28,881 nucleotides of DNA from an uncultured Saprospiraceae bacterium. Lineage in GTDB: Bacteria > Bacteroidota > Bacteroidia > Chitinophagales > Saprospiraceae. The notes beneath the pieces are model-generated. The model was not told the DNA's origin, made no database searches, and saw only the letters and a program-made list of their open reading frames with translations. Location of the stretch: the NCBI GenBank assembly GCA_964537285.1, contig CAZHZT010000072.1:1-28881 (forward strand), read 5' to 3'. This document shows, in pieces, positions 19,075-27,880 of the stretch; the first letter of the stretch is position 1, and every line of letters begins with the position of its first letter. A program made the position numbers and the translations under genes.

Positions 19075-19563
19075 CTATGAATTTTGCGAATACTGAGACT
19101 TCTTGTAATCTGGCTCCACAGGCACCCGGCCTTTCCATGAATCCGGAACCAACTCTTTGCGGATGTCCAAATCTCTAATCGCCCTTAAAATATCCACCCG
19201 ACTGACTTGCCCTACTAAACGCCCCTGGTCCATTACAGGCAATCGTTTAAGCCCTTTATGAAGGAAGAGATAGGCCGCATCAAATATCGTTTTATCTGCA
19301 CCTATCGTTTGTATTTGAGTAGACATATAGGCACTGACGACACCTGCCTGGCCAGGCTCTTTGTTATACATATCATCGACGAGAAGTTTCAGGCAATCAG
19401 CTTCTGAGAGCATGCCCACTAATTCATTCGCGTCATTTACAACCGGAGATCCGGAAATCCCTTTTTTAAGGAATGTATTGATGGCGTGCAAGATAGGCGT
19501 ATCGGGTTTGAAGGTGATCAAGGAAGTCGCCATGTAATTTACAAGAAGAGGGAATTTTTTCAT
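19075..19563 (-). CDS. CBS-domain pair protein (162 aa). An alternative start at MATSLITF, coordinate 19533, is possible.
   Basis: Two CBS motifs: '...FKPDTPILHAINTFLKKGISGSPVV' and 'QTIGADKTIFDAAYLFLHKGLKRLPVMDQGRLVGQVSRVDILRA'. Confidence 0.8.
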   Translation of the reverse strand: MKKFPLLVNYMATSLITFKPDTPILHAINTFLKKGISGSPVVNDANELVGMLSEADCLKLLVDDMYNKEPGQAGVVSAYMSTQIQTIGADKTIFDAAYLFLHKGLKRLPVMDQGRLVGQVSRVDILRAIRDLDIRKELVPDSWKGRVPVEPDYKKSQYSQNS

Positions 19564-19678
19564 AATTTGCTAGTTTTTGTGACAGATTAGCATTTAATTT
19601 ACAAAAAAATAACCATAAATTCAACTAAATCCTTCCGCCATCGAAAACTTAAATTCTACCATAGCTTATATTGATCAA

Positions 19679-21196
19679 TTGTTGTTGAGTAAAAATGCCT
19701 TCATCAAGATCAATAGCTTTGATGCGAAGTACCTTCAATCAAAAGAACCTGCTTTTGTAATCTCAAACAGGCGATTCACCGAAGCAGATGAACTCATTTT
19801 GATTAAACTGCTCCTCTCTTATACTCCAAACTTTAAAATCCTTACCACTCATCCCCATTATTTGAACCATCCCTTGCTAAAGCCTTATTTTTATGAGCCT
19901 TTTGCCTATCAATTTCAAAAAATAAACCTTCCTTCCACCTCTACCGCCATCCGGCAGTCCATAGAAGCGGTTATTTCTGAAGGTAAGAGTTGCGTAATCG
20001 TAATGGATTACGCCATCAAGCGGCTGGGAACACTGAATCGGCTCCAGCAAAACTGGCGGATTATGAGGTGGGTAAAAAAAGCTAAGCTTCCTATTGTGCC
20101 GATCAATTTTTTTTCTGAACATCTCAACCCTAACAACGCCAGCATTTCTGTCAGAGTTGGCAAGCCCATTTCGCCGGAAGTGCAAAAGATGTTTAAATCC
20201 TACAGGAGGTTTGGAAAGTTTGTCCAGCTTAAAGTCATGGCCCTGGGCTCTTCCCTGGAAGTACGAAATTTCTACCACCAAATCGATTCCGCTAAAAATG
20301 TTAAAGAAGCAGTTGCTCCTGCTATTTCAAGTGAACTCATTGAGGCAGAAATTGAGCAATTAACCTACGAGAACTTAGTAGCCAGCCGATCCGACTTTGA
20401 TGTCTTCGTTGCAGGGGCATTTAAGATCCCTAACATCTTGAAGGAAATTGGCCGCTTGCGGGAACTTACCTTTAGAGAAGTAAATGAAGGAACAGGCTAC
20501 AGTAGAGATTTAGATGAATACGACCTTTACTACCAGCAACTTATAATTTGGGATAGAAAAGCTAAGAAAATTGTAGGAGGGTATCGACTAGGCTTAGGGG
20601 ACGAAATTTTCAATCGATTTGGGGTAGAGGGCTTTTACATCAACAGCCTTTTTAAAATTGAGAAAGGTTTTTATCCAATCATGAAAGACGCGGTTGAACT
20701 TGGGAGGTCTTATGTAGTGAAAGAGTACCAAAAACATCGCTTACCTTTGTTTTTGTTATGGAAAGGAATACTCCATTTTTTATTAAAAAACCCACGTTAT
20801 CGTTATCTTTATGGCCCTTTGAGTATAAGTAAACACTATTCTGATTTGTCGAAAAGTCTGATTATTGAGTTCGTCAAGAAGTATTATTTTGATAAAAAAC
20901 TGGCGAAACACCTTGAGCCCCGAACACCTTTCGTGTTTAAAGTCCCCAAAGCAGATATTGACCTGATACTGGACAGTTTAGAAAACAATATAGGAGAATT
21001 GGATAATTTCATTGAAGATATCGAACCCGATCATTTCAGGCTTCCGGTACTATTGAAGCAATACATCAAACAAAACGCTAGATTTATCAGCTTTAATGTG
21101 GACCCTAATTTTTCCGATGTTCTGGATGGTTTTATGATCCTCGATTTAAAGAATGTGCCTTATTCCACCATTGAAGCATTAAAGAAAGAACAATAA
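19679..21196 (+). CDS. Two-domain acyltransferase. The N-terminal domain is PlsC/LPLAT-like with degenerate catalytic motifs. The C-terminal domain is an OlsB-like GNAT N-acyltransferase ('hemolysin-like'). It is possibly OlsF-like or in the glycine/ornithine-lipid family. It has a non-ATG start (TTG).
   Basis: C-terminal 'LRELTFREVNEGTGYSRDLDEYDLYYQQLIIWD' is the signature of OlsB/PF13444. N-terminal 'FVISNRRFTEAD' occupies the position of PlsC motif I (NHxxxxD) and 'LPIVPI' matches motif IV. There is no in-frame ATG before residue ~109. Confidence 0.65.
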   Translation: MLLSKNAFIKINSFDAKYLQSKEPAFVISNRRFTEADELILIKLLLSYTPNFKILTTHPHYLNHPLLKPYFYEPFAYQFQKINLPSTSTAIRQSIEAVISEGKSCVIVMDYAIKRLGTLNRLQQNWRIMRWVKKAKLPIVPINFFSEHLNPNNASISVRVGKPISPEVQKMFKSYRRFGKFVQLKVMALGSSLEVRNFYHQIDSAKNVKEAVAPAISSELIEAEIEQLTYENLVASRSDFDVFVAGAFKIPNILKEIGRLRELTFREVNEGTGYSRDLDEYDLYYQQLIIWDRKAKKIVGGYRLGLGDEIFNRFGVEGFYINSLFKIEKGFYPIMKDAVELGRSYVVKEYQKHRLPLFLLWKGILHFLLKNPRYRYLYGPLSISKHYSDLSKSLIIEFVKKYYFDKKLAKHLEPRTPFVFKVPKADIDLILDSLENNIGELDNFIEDIEPDHFRLPVLLKQYIKQNARFISFNVDPNFSDVLDGFMILDLKNVPYSTIEALKKEQ

Positions 21197-21199
21197 CAC

Positions 21200-22342
21200 A
21201 TGCAAATAAAATCCAAATTGCCGAATGTCGGCACGACCATTTTCACCACCATGTCTGCTCTGGCCAATCAGCATCAGGCCATCAACCTCTCGCAAGGTTT
21301 CCCTAATTTCGATTGCTCCGAACGATTGAAAAAACTGGTCTTCCAATACATGGAAAAAGGCTATAACCAATACGCACCAATGGCAGGCGTACCTGACTTA
21401 AGGTACCAAATTGCTCAAAAAGTAAAAAAATTATACGAAGCTGATATTGACCCCAACACCGAAATCACTATAACAGCAGGTGCTACACAGGCTTTATTTA
21501 CAGCCTTAGCAGCCTTCGTCCGCCCAGGCGATGAAATCATTCTGATTGAACCCGCTTACGATTGTTACAAGCCGGCAATTGAATTAAACGGTGGCATTCC
21601 GGTTGCTTATGAGCTTAAAGCTCCGGATTTCCGCATAGACTGGAAGGTACTAGCGACCCTGGTCAATGAAAAGACCAAGGCAATTATGCTGAACACTCCC
21701 CACAATCCTAGCGGCCGGACCCTTAAAGCAGCTGATCTCCAACAACTAGAGCAATTGGTTGCAGGTAAGGAAATCATGGTGATCAGTGATGAAGTCTACG
21801 AGCATTTGGTATTCGATGATTTGCCTCACGAAAGTATATTGCGTTACCCAAAACTTAGGGAGCAATTCTTCGCCACTTATTCTTTCGGGAAGACATTTCA
21901 CAATACAGGCTGGAAAGTGGGTTATTGCATAGGCCCCGAACCATTAATGGCAGAATTCAGAAAAGTGCATCAGTACAACGTTTTCTCTGTCAATACGCCC
22001 GTACAGTATGCACTAGCGGAGTTTCTTCAGGATGAATCGGAGTATCTTAGCCTCAATAGTTTCTATCAAGCGAAACGAGATCGATTCCTTCCTTATTTAG
22101 AGCAATCTCGATTTGAGCCGATCCCCTGCGAAGGCACTTATTTTCAACTAGCCAAATACTCAAACTTAAGCGATGAGCCAGATACGGCGTTTACGCAACG
22201 ATTGATCGTGGAAAACGGGATTGCGACGATCCCAATCTCCGTTTTTTATTCTAGTGGCCTGAATGAACACATTGTCCGTTTCTGCTTCGCAAAAACAGAT
22301 GATCTGCTGGATCGTGCCGGAGAAGTTATAGCAGGGATTTAA
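21200..22342 (+). CDS. PLP-dependent class-I aminotransferase, YbdL/methionine-aminotransferase-like (380 aa)
   Basis: 'SFGKTFHNTGWKVGYC' holds the PLP-Lys motif and is nearly identical to the YbdL region. The gene also has 'LNTPHNPSG' and sits 3 nt after the acyltransferase gene. Confidence 0.85.
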   Translation: MQIKSKLPNVGTTIFTTMSALANQHQAINLSQGFPNFDCSERLKKLVFQYMEKGYNQYAPMAGVPDLRYQIAQKVKKLYEADIDPNTEITITAGATQALFTALAAFVRPGDEIILIEPAYDCYKPAIELNGGIPVAYELKAPDFRIDWKVLATLVNEKTKAIMLNTPHNPSGRTLKAADLQQLEQLVAGKEIMVISDEVYEHLVFDDLPHESILRYPKLREQFFATYSFGKTFHNTGWKVGYCIGPEPLMAEFRKVHQYNVFSVNTPVQYALAEFLQDESEYLSLNSFYQAKRDRFLPYLEQSRFEPIPCEGTYFQLAKYSNLSDEPDTAFTQRLIVENGIATIPISVFYSSGLNEHIVRFCFAKTDDLLDRAGEVIAGI

Positions 22343-22344
22343 AT

Positions 22345-22386
22345 AAACATGAGGCATCCTGAAAATTTGGGATGACTCATGTTTAT
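22345..22386. terminator. Second copy of the 40-nt hairpin family (aaacatgaggcatcctg-aaaatt-tgggatgactcatgttt), placed between convergent genes
   Basis: It differs from copy 1 (88..128) by 3 substitutions. These keep pairing through G-U wobbles, so they are compensatory. Confidence 0.65.
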
Positions 22387-22391
22387 TCATG

Positions 22392-23285
22392 TTAGAGATG
22401 CTCTACTAACAAGGCCAGCTTAATTGCCCTCTCCCGATCATCATGCTCCAGCGCTTCCATCGCTTTCTGATGCAAAGCCTCCAAAGGTTGTTCTTGTTGC
22501 AGAATAGTCTGAATAGCCTCTTCTTCCTTTAATGCCAAAATCGCTTCTTTACCAGGTAATTCCAAAACGCCTGCAAGTTGACCAATAGCATTTCCCGTTA
22601 GCACCTTACTTTCGCGAATACTCTGGGGCAACTGATCGTAACCAATACTAAGTTTCGTAACAGGCTGCACAATAGTATGTACAGCCGGGCCACTGGCACG
22701 TACATAATAAGCTCTTCCCATACGGCCCATTAAATCAATTTTATGTGGATCGATGCGGTTTCTTTCTCCAAGGATTTCTTCATTAATGTGCATACGCAAG
22801 ACCCTGCACAGCATTAGATTTCCTGCTCCGCCATGTTCTCCCAGCGGAATGATCTGCTCTACGCGGCATTCCATGTGTACCGGCGATTCCTTCACGCGAA
22901 AAGGCTTTACTAAATCTGAAGGTATTGGCGTAAGCCCTGCTTTTTCAAACTCATTAATATCTTGCTCCCACTCAATGCTTGTAATGGTCATTTGACGAAC
23001 AATAGAGTGATTAACCACATTTATCACCGCTTCACGGGTCTTTTCAATGTTGTGAAGCGTATCCTTTGTAGTATTATTCAAAACCCTGCGATTGGAAGAA
23101 AAAATCACCATCGGAGGATTCGAACTAAAAGCATTGAAAAAACTATATGGTGCCAGGTTGGGCTTACCGTTCTCATCAACGGTACTTACAAAAGCAATTG
23201 GGCGTGGAGCTACCGCACCGAGGAGGAACTGGTGCATGTCTTTGGTAGCCGTATTTTCCGGATCTACAATTAGCATATTTGACAT
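22392..23285 (-). CDS. Flavin-reductase-like (FMN-binding split-barrel) domain protein with a C-terminal extension (297 aa)
   Basis: 'FLLGAVAPRPIAFVSTVDENGKPNLAPYSFFNAFSSNPPMVIFS' is the PF01613 flavin reductase-like core. Confidence 0.8.
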   Translation of the reverse strand: MSNMLIVDPENTATKDMHQFLLGAVAPRPIAFVSTVDENGKPNLAPYSFFNAFSSNPPMVIFSSNRRVLNNTTKDTLHNIEKTREAVINVVNHSIVRQMTITSIEWEQDINEFEKAGLTPIPSDLVKPFRVKESPVHMECRVEQIIPLGEHGGAGNLMLCRVLRMHINEEILGERNRIDPHKIDLMGRMGRAYYVRASGPAVHTIVQPVTKLSIGYDQLPQSIRESKVLTGNAIGQLAGVLELPGKEAILALKEEEAIQTILQQEQPLEALHQKAMEALEHDDRERAIKLALLVEHL

Positions 23286-23368
23286 TTTTGTTTTTATGCC
23301 AAGTTAAAGAAGTTATTGGATTTTATGGGAATAATTTATATTAGTCTTATTCTATAAGTGCCTGTACA

Positions 23369-24217
23369 TCATTTTTCACGCTTATCATAGCCAAATATTT
23401 TCGTATCCTTTTTCTTCCCAAACCAGACAACGCGGTTCGATGTTAAATAAACTTCTCCCTCCGTTTCAGGTAAGCCAATTAAAAAGTACGTCGCTTCGGC
23501 CCTAAACTTTGGATTGTAAACGTTAATGGTCTTGTCTTTTTGCCATAAAATATTTCCTTCGAAGGCTTGTATACCTCTTATACCATCGCCAAGGGGATGC
23601 ATTGAAGCCCATTGAGCGAAAAGGTCAAATAATATAAGGGAGGACTCCTGTTCATCTTGCTCGATTAGAAAAACAAAATTACCATACTCCCAAAGTTTCT
23701 TTGCATTTAATCGCTTGCCAATCTGCTGAACAAGGGGGCCACTTCGAAAAAGCTTTTCCCCTTTTCGGTTTATTTTAAGTAGCTCTGCATTGATATCATC
23801 GTATATCCATAGATTACCATCATTGGCTAAGGCAATGGCACTTACTAAAGTATATCCAAGGTCTACCAAGTTAATCTGGGCGGTAGGGTTTAGAGTTCGA
23901 TCCAGAAAAAGAACGGTTCCGAAATCTTTATAAAAAAGTAGGATCTCCAAGGGATTGTTGACATTTATGGAGTGAAGCCGCCCTCTGCGCACATCACTAT
24001 GCCGAAATTGCTCGACACCATCTGAATTATACTTAATCAAATCGTTGGCAGGAGTGATTAGGTATAACTGGCCTACTTTGTCCATTTTGACATCAACAGC
24101 TCTCTGGGATAGCGTGATGGATTCTTGGAGTATTAGGGTATCAAGGATCGTCTGAGCTTGAATACTATACGATAATACTGCAATGGAGAAAACAAGAAGA
24201 GGCGAAGCGTTTTTCAT
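23369..24217 (-). CDS. Secreted hypothetical protein (about 282 aa from MKNASPLL). The ORF-track start at 24283 adds 22 non-signal residues.
   Basis: Signal peptide 'MKNASPLLVFSIAVLSYSIQAQ'. No recognisable catalytic motif. Its tryptophan-rich, repetitive character suggests a beta-rich fold. Confidence 0.6.
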   Translation of the reverse strand: MKNASPLLVFSIAVLSYSIQAQTILDTLILQESITLSQRAVDVKMDKVGQLYLITPANDLIKYNSDGVEQFRHSDVRRGRLHSINVNNPLEILLFYKDFGTVLFLDRTLNPTAQINLVDLGYTLVSAIALANDGNLWIYDDINAELLKINRKGEKLFRSGPLVQQIGKRLNAKKLWEYGNFVFLIEQDEQESSLILFDLFAQWASMHPLGDGIRGIQAFEGNILWQKDKTINVYNPKFRAEATYFLIGLPETEGEVYLTSNRVVWFGKKKDTKIFGYDKREK

Positions 24218-24408
24218 GATGGTAGTGTTATAACATCCAAAACGTTTATTATTTGCAGAAAGTATTAAGCAAATTAGGTGCATTTCATTTTGTCGCTGCC
24301 CAAACTACACTTACTCACTTTCCCATAACACTTACTCAATGCTCCGGTATTTAACCCAATTCTGCTGCATTTTTGGATTGTAAGTAGTTCACGGAATTAT
24401 TAATCATA

Positions 24409-24518
24409 GTTCTTTGACATAAATTGTGGAAAATGGAACTTCAAAATGATAACCCTTTCAGCCACAAGGGCATTCAAGGATTATCATTTTGAAGTTCCGC
24501 ACAATTTGTCAAAGAACG
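24409..24518. repeat. Copy 2 of the ~110-bp palindromic element, in inverted orientation relative to copy 1. It ends 23 nt upstream of the VIT-vWA gene start.
   Basis: It is the reverse complement of 10703..10811 with a handful of mismatches. Confidence 0.75.
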
Positions 24519-24540
24519 TTAATCATTAAATCTTCAATCC

Positions 24541-27537
24541 ATGAAAAACATCAGAATAAATTATTCCCAACGGGGATGTGATTGCGTTAAAACCAGGTTT
24601 CCGAATGCTTTAATTAGAAGCTCAAAGCTATTGATAATAATTGCATTTATCCTTTCGACAGCCATTATACATACACTTAACGCACAAGAAGACCAAACCC
24701 TGTCTCCATATTTTTTGGTTAAGGGCCAATCCAGCGACGGAGCATTTGCCCTAAAATCTACCCAAGCAGATGTGAACATTGCCGGCGTGATCGCTGATGT
24801 AACCGTTACGCAGGAATACCAGAATAATACCGAAAATCCACTAGAAGCTATTTATGTATTTCCTGCTTCTACCCGTGCAGCCGTTTACGACATGAAAATG
24901 ACGATAGGAGAGCGGGTTGTACAGGCAGAAATTATGGAAAAAGGCAAGGCCCGACAGGAATATGAACAAGCAAAGGCTAAAGGAAAAAGAGCATCACTGC
25001 TGGAACAAGAGCGCCCGAACGTTTTCCAAATGAATGTAGCCAATATTATGCCGGGCGATTTAATTAAAGTAGAACTAAAGTATACAGAACTGCTCGTGCC
25101 CGAAGATAGTGAATACACCTTTGTATATCCAACTGTTGTAGGCCCGAGATATGTTAGCGCCGGAGAATCCGGATCAAACCAGTTTAATGCCAACCCATAC
25201 ACCAAACAAGGAGAAATGCCCGCTTATGAGTTTGATTTAAATATCAACCTCGCCGCTGGTATGCCGATACAAGACATCCTGTGTAACACCCATGAAGTAA
25301 ATGTAAACTACCCATCCAATGATAATGCTATTGTCAAACTTGATGCTTCTGAAAAGAAAGGAGGAAACAGAGATTTTATCCTTAGTTATTGCTTAGCGGG
25401 AAAGGAAATTGAATCTGGCTTGCTGCTTTTTGAAGGAAAAAAGGAAAACTTTTTCCTGATGTGCATGCAGCCTCCTAAGCGAGTGCGCCCGGATCAGATC
25501 CCTCCCAGGGAATATGTCTTCATTATGGATGTATCAGGCTCTATGAATGGCTTCCCTTTGGGTGTAAGTAAAGAATTGATGAGTAATTTATTACAAAAGC
25601 TTCGCCCTTCTGACCTGTTCAACATCTTATTTTTTGCCGGAGGTTCAAGCTGGCTGTCGCCCAGTTCTCTAAAGGCTACGGATGATAATATCACTAAAGC
25701 CATCGAATTCATGAATAACCAACGTGGTGGCGGAGGAACCGAATTATTGTCGGCCATGAAAAATGCCTATGCTTTGCCTAGGCCTTATGATAATTTGTCC
25801 AGATCTATGGTCATAATTACAGATGGTTATGTAACGGTGGAGCAGGAAGCGTTTGAAATGGTTCGCCAGAATTTGAACCAGGCGAATGTCTTTGCTTTTG
25901 GGATTGGCTCCAGTGTGAATCGTCACTTAATAGAAGGGCTGGCTTTTACGGGGCAGGGAACACCTTTTGTAGTGACCAATCAGGAGGAGGCTCCGGAAAT
26001 ATCCAAAAAACTCATTGAATATATCCAACAGCCAGTACTCACGCAAATCAGTACTCAATTTGAAGGCTTCGAAGCCTATGATGTCCTTCCTGAATCCGTT
26101 CCGGATGTATTATCTGAACGACCGGTACTTTTATTCGGGAAGTACAAAGGAAAACCTGCAGGAACAATTACCGTAAAAGGGCATTCTGGAGAGGAGGTCT
26201 ACACTAAAAAGTTTCGTGTTTTAAATGCATCCCCTTCAAAGAATAACAATGCCCTAAAATACCTTTGGGCCAGAGAGAAAATACGGATGCTGGATGACTT
26301 TTCCGGTTATGGCCAAGATTTGGATAAAATTGCCCAAGTAACAAACCTAGGGTTAAAATACAACCTCATGACGAATTACACTTCTTTTGTTGCCATTGAT
26401 AAAAAGAAAGTAAGAGATAAGTCCGAAGAATTGGTTACCGCCAAACAAGCACTACCTCTTCCACAAGGCGTTCCTAATTCTGCAATAGGTTTCGACCTTG
26501 GATTAGAAGAAGTCATGGCCTTTAATGGTTCTGAAGTATTGGATGGCATGATGGTTTCCAGTACTCAGAAAACTAATCACTTCATTGAGATTAGCGAAGC
26601 ACAAAAGAAAAACACCATTACCTTCATTTTGGGAACAGATAGCAAAGCCAATAATCCATATTTTGAAAAAGCAGGGCAATACTTCCGCTTTAGCACTGAA
26701 AACAAAACAGAATGGGTCGTGGATAGCTGCAAAACACTAGAAGAAATCAAAGCTTTTTTAAGGGAAAACCATCCGGGTGATGCCCCTTGGGGAACAATTA
26801 ATTTGGTCGTACATGGTAATGAATGGACGGGTATCAGTTTACCTGTAAATGAAGGAGCAAGCAAGCGTACTAGCAAAAACAAGCTAGCCCAGTACAACCT
26901 TTCTCCTGCAACGCCGCCACTTTCTGACCAACAAATTGATAAAAATACGTTGGTAAAAGTTTATGCTTGTGGTTTAGGGAAAGATACTCTTCTGTTAAAT
27001 CAACTAAGTATTGCCTTCGGTGGCCATGATCATGACCGACCAACAGTTGAATCTACCCCCTATTTTGTACAATTTTTGGACAAAAATCACCTGACCGGGC
27101 AGGTTGATTTGCATCAGGCAGAATATTTCTATGCCTTCTTCAAAAATGGTTATCGCCCCGGTGATATTCGTTTGAGCCGCCAATTGAGCAGCCGCTTCCC
27201 GGATGCCGGAATTGATTGGCGGGGAGCACTCTCAAGAACATCACCGCGATTCTCGGGAGATACTTACCAATACACCATTGACGTGCCTGTCGTTTGGATT
27301 GTAACCTACCCTAATAAGGATTTACGCCCAACCCTCGGCACAAAAGAAGCACAACAAACGTGGCTGAACCAACAAACCGCATTGAAGCAGTCCCTTGAAA
27401 AAATGGATATCCCTGAAGAAATGTTCAACTGGCATTTTAGAGAAATCATGTATGAAACGGAAGCAGGAGAAGAAGTGCCCGCGATTAAAGTTATTGGCTT
27501 GAGCTCAGTAGTTCTGGTACTTCGTACTATTGAATAA
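24541..27537 (+). CDS. Exported VIT (vault/inter-alpha-trypsin) + von Willebrand factor A domain protein with a ~400-aa uncharacterised C-terminal region (998 aa)
   Basis: Signal/TM 'LLIIIAFILSTAIIHTLNAQ'. VIT-like N-terminus. vWA MIDAS 'YVFIMDVSGSMNG' (DxSxS) with downstream 'ITDG'. Confidence 0.85.
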   Translation: MKNIRINYSQRGCDCVKTRFPNALIRSSKLLIIIAFILSTAIIHTLNAQEDQTLSPYFLVKGQSSDGAFALKSTQADVNIAGVIADVTVTQEYQNNTENPLEAIYVFPASTRAAVYDMKMTIGERVVQAEIMEKGKARQEYEQAKAKGKRASLLEQERPNVFQMNVANIMPGDLIKVELKYTELLVPEDSEYTFVYPTVVGPRYVSAGESGSNQFNANPYTKQGEMPAYEFDLNINLAAGMPIQDILCNTHEVNVNYPSNDNAIVKLDASEKKGGNRDFILSYCLAGKEIESGLLLFEGKKENFFLMCMQPPKRVRPDQIPPREYVFIMDVSGSMNGFPLGVSKELMSNLLQKLRPSDLFNILFFAGGSSWLSPSSLKATDDNITKAIEFMNNQRGGGGTELLSAMKNAYALPRPYDNLSRSMVIITDGYVTVEQEAFEMVRQNLNQANVFAFGIGSSVNRHLIEGLAFTGQGTPFVVTNQEEAPEISKKLIEYIQQPVLTQISTQFEGFEAYDVLPESVPDVLSERPVLLFGKYKGKPAGTITVKGHSGEEVYTKKFRVLNASPSKNNNALKYLWAREKIRMLDDFSGYGQDLDKIAQVTNLGLKYNLMTNYTSFVAIDKKKVRDKSEELVTAKQALPLPQGVPNSAIGFDLGLEEVMAFNGSEVLDGMMVSSTQKTNHFIEISEAQKKNTITFILGTDSKANNPYFEKAGQYFRFSTENKTEWVVDSCKTLEEIKAFLRENHPGDAPWGTINLVVHGNEWTGISLPVNEGASKRTSKNKLAQYNLSPATPPLSDQQIDKNTLVKVYACGLGKDTLLLNQLSIAFGGHDHDRPTVESTPYFVQFLDKNHLTGQVDLHQAEYFYAFFKNGYRPGDIRLSRQLSSRFPDAGIDWRGALSRTSPRFSGDTYQYTIDVPVVWIVTYPNKDLRPTLGTKEAQQTWLNQQTALKQSLEKMDIPEEMFNWHFREIMYETEAGEEVPAIKVIGLSSVVLVLRTIE

Positions 27538-27540
27538 TTA

Positions 27541-27677
27541 ATCACAGATTACGCAGAGGACACAGATGAGGGTGGAGCTACGCTCCAATTAGATGATTAA
27601 GTCGGCCTGCGGCCGATAAGACTCCTTCTTTGGAGCGTAGCTCCAACACCATCTGTGCCCTCTGCGTAATCTGTGAT
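27541..27677. repeat. 137-bp near-perfect palindrome with 28-nt outer arms (1 mismatch), inner arms ggagctacgctccaa/ttggagcgtagctcc, and centre tcggcctgcggccga. It starts immediately after the VIT-vWA stop codon.
   Basis: Read directly from the sequence. It could form a hairpin of about 60 bp. Confidence 0.7.
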
Positions 27678-27691
27678 CAAACACAAGAAAA

Positions 27692-27880
27692 ATGAAACAC
27701 TTAGTCCTACTTACACTAATTATAACACCACTTTTCCTCTCTGCCCAATTCTACTACCACGATCAATTAGTTGTGAACGCGGACATACTAAACCTCCGCT
27801 CAGAACCCAAAATCGCCAAAAATGTAATTGGGAAACTCAAAGAAGGCACCTATCCCTCTCTTCACAGCCTTTCGATATAG
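27692..27880 (+). pseudogene. Short ORF (62 aa) with a signal peptide and the first half of a bacterial SH3 (SH3b/SH3_3) domain. It is likely a gene remnant. It overlaps the 3' end of the convergent response-regulator gene by 19 nt.
   Basis: 'MKHLVLLTLIITPLFLSAQ', then 'VVNADILNLRSEPKIAKNVIGKLKEGT', which resembles the N-terminal half of SH3_3. The ORF stops before the domain is complete. Confidence 0.35.

Noticed and set aside
22166-22390. 74-aa minus-strand ORF overlapping the 3' end of the aminotransferase gene and the hairpin
   Set aside because: It is a shadow ORF. It includes the terminator hairpin and has no motifs.
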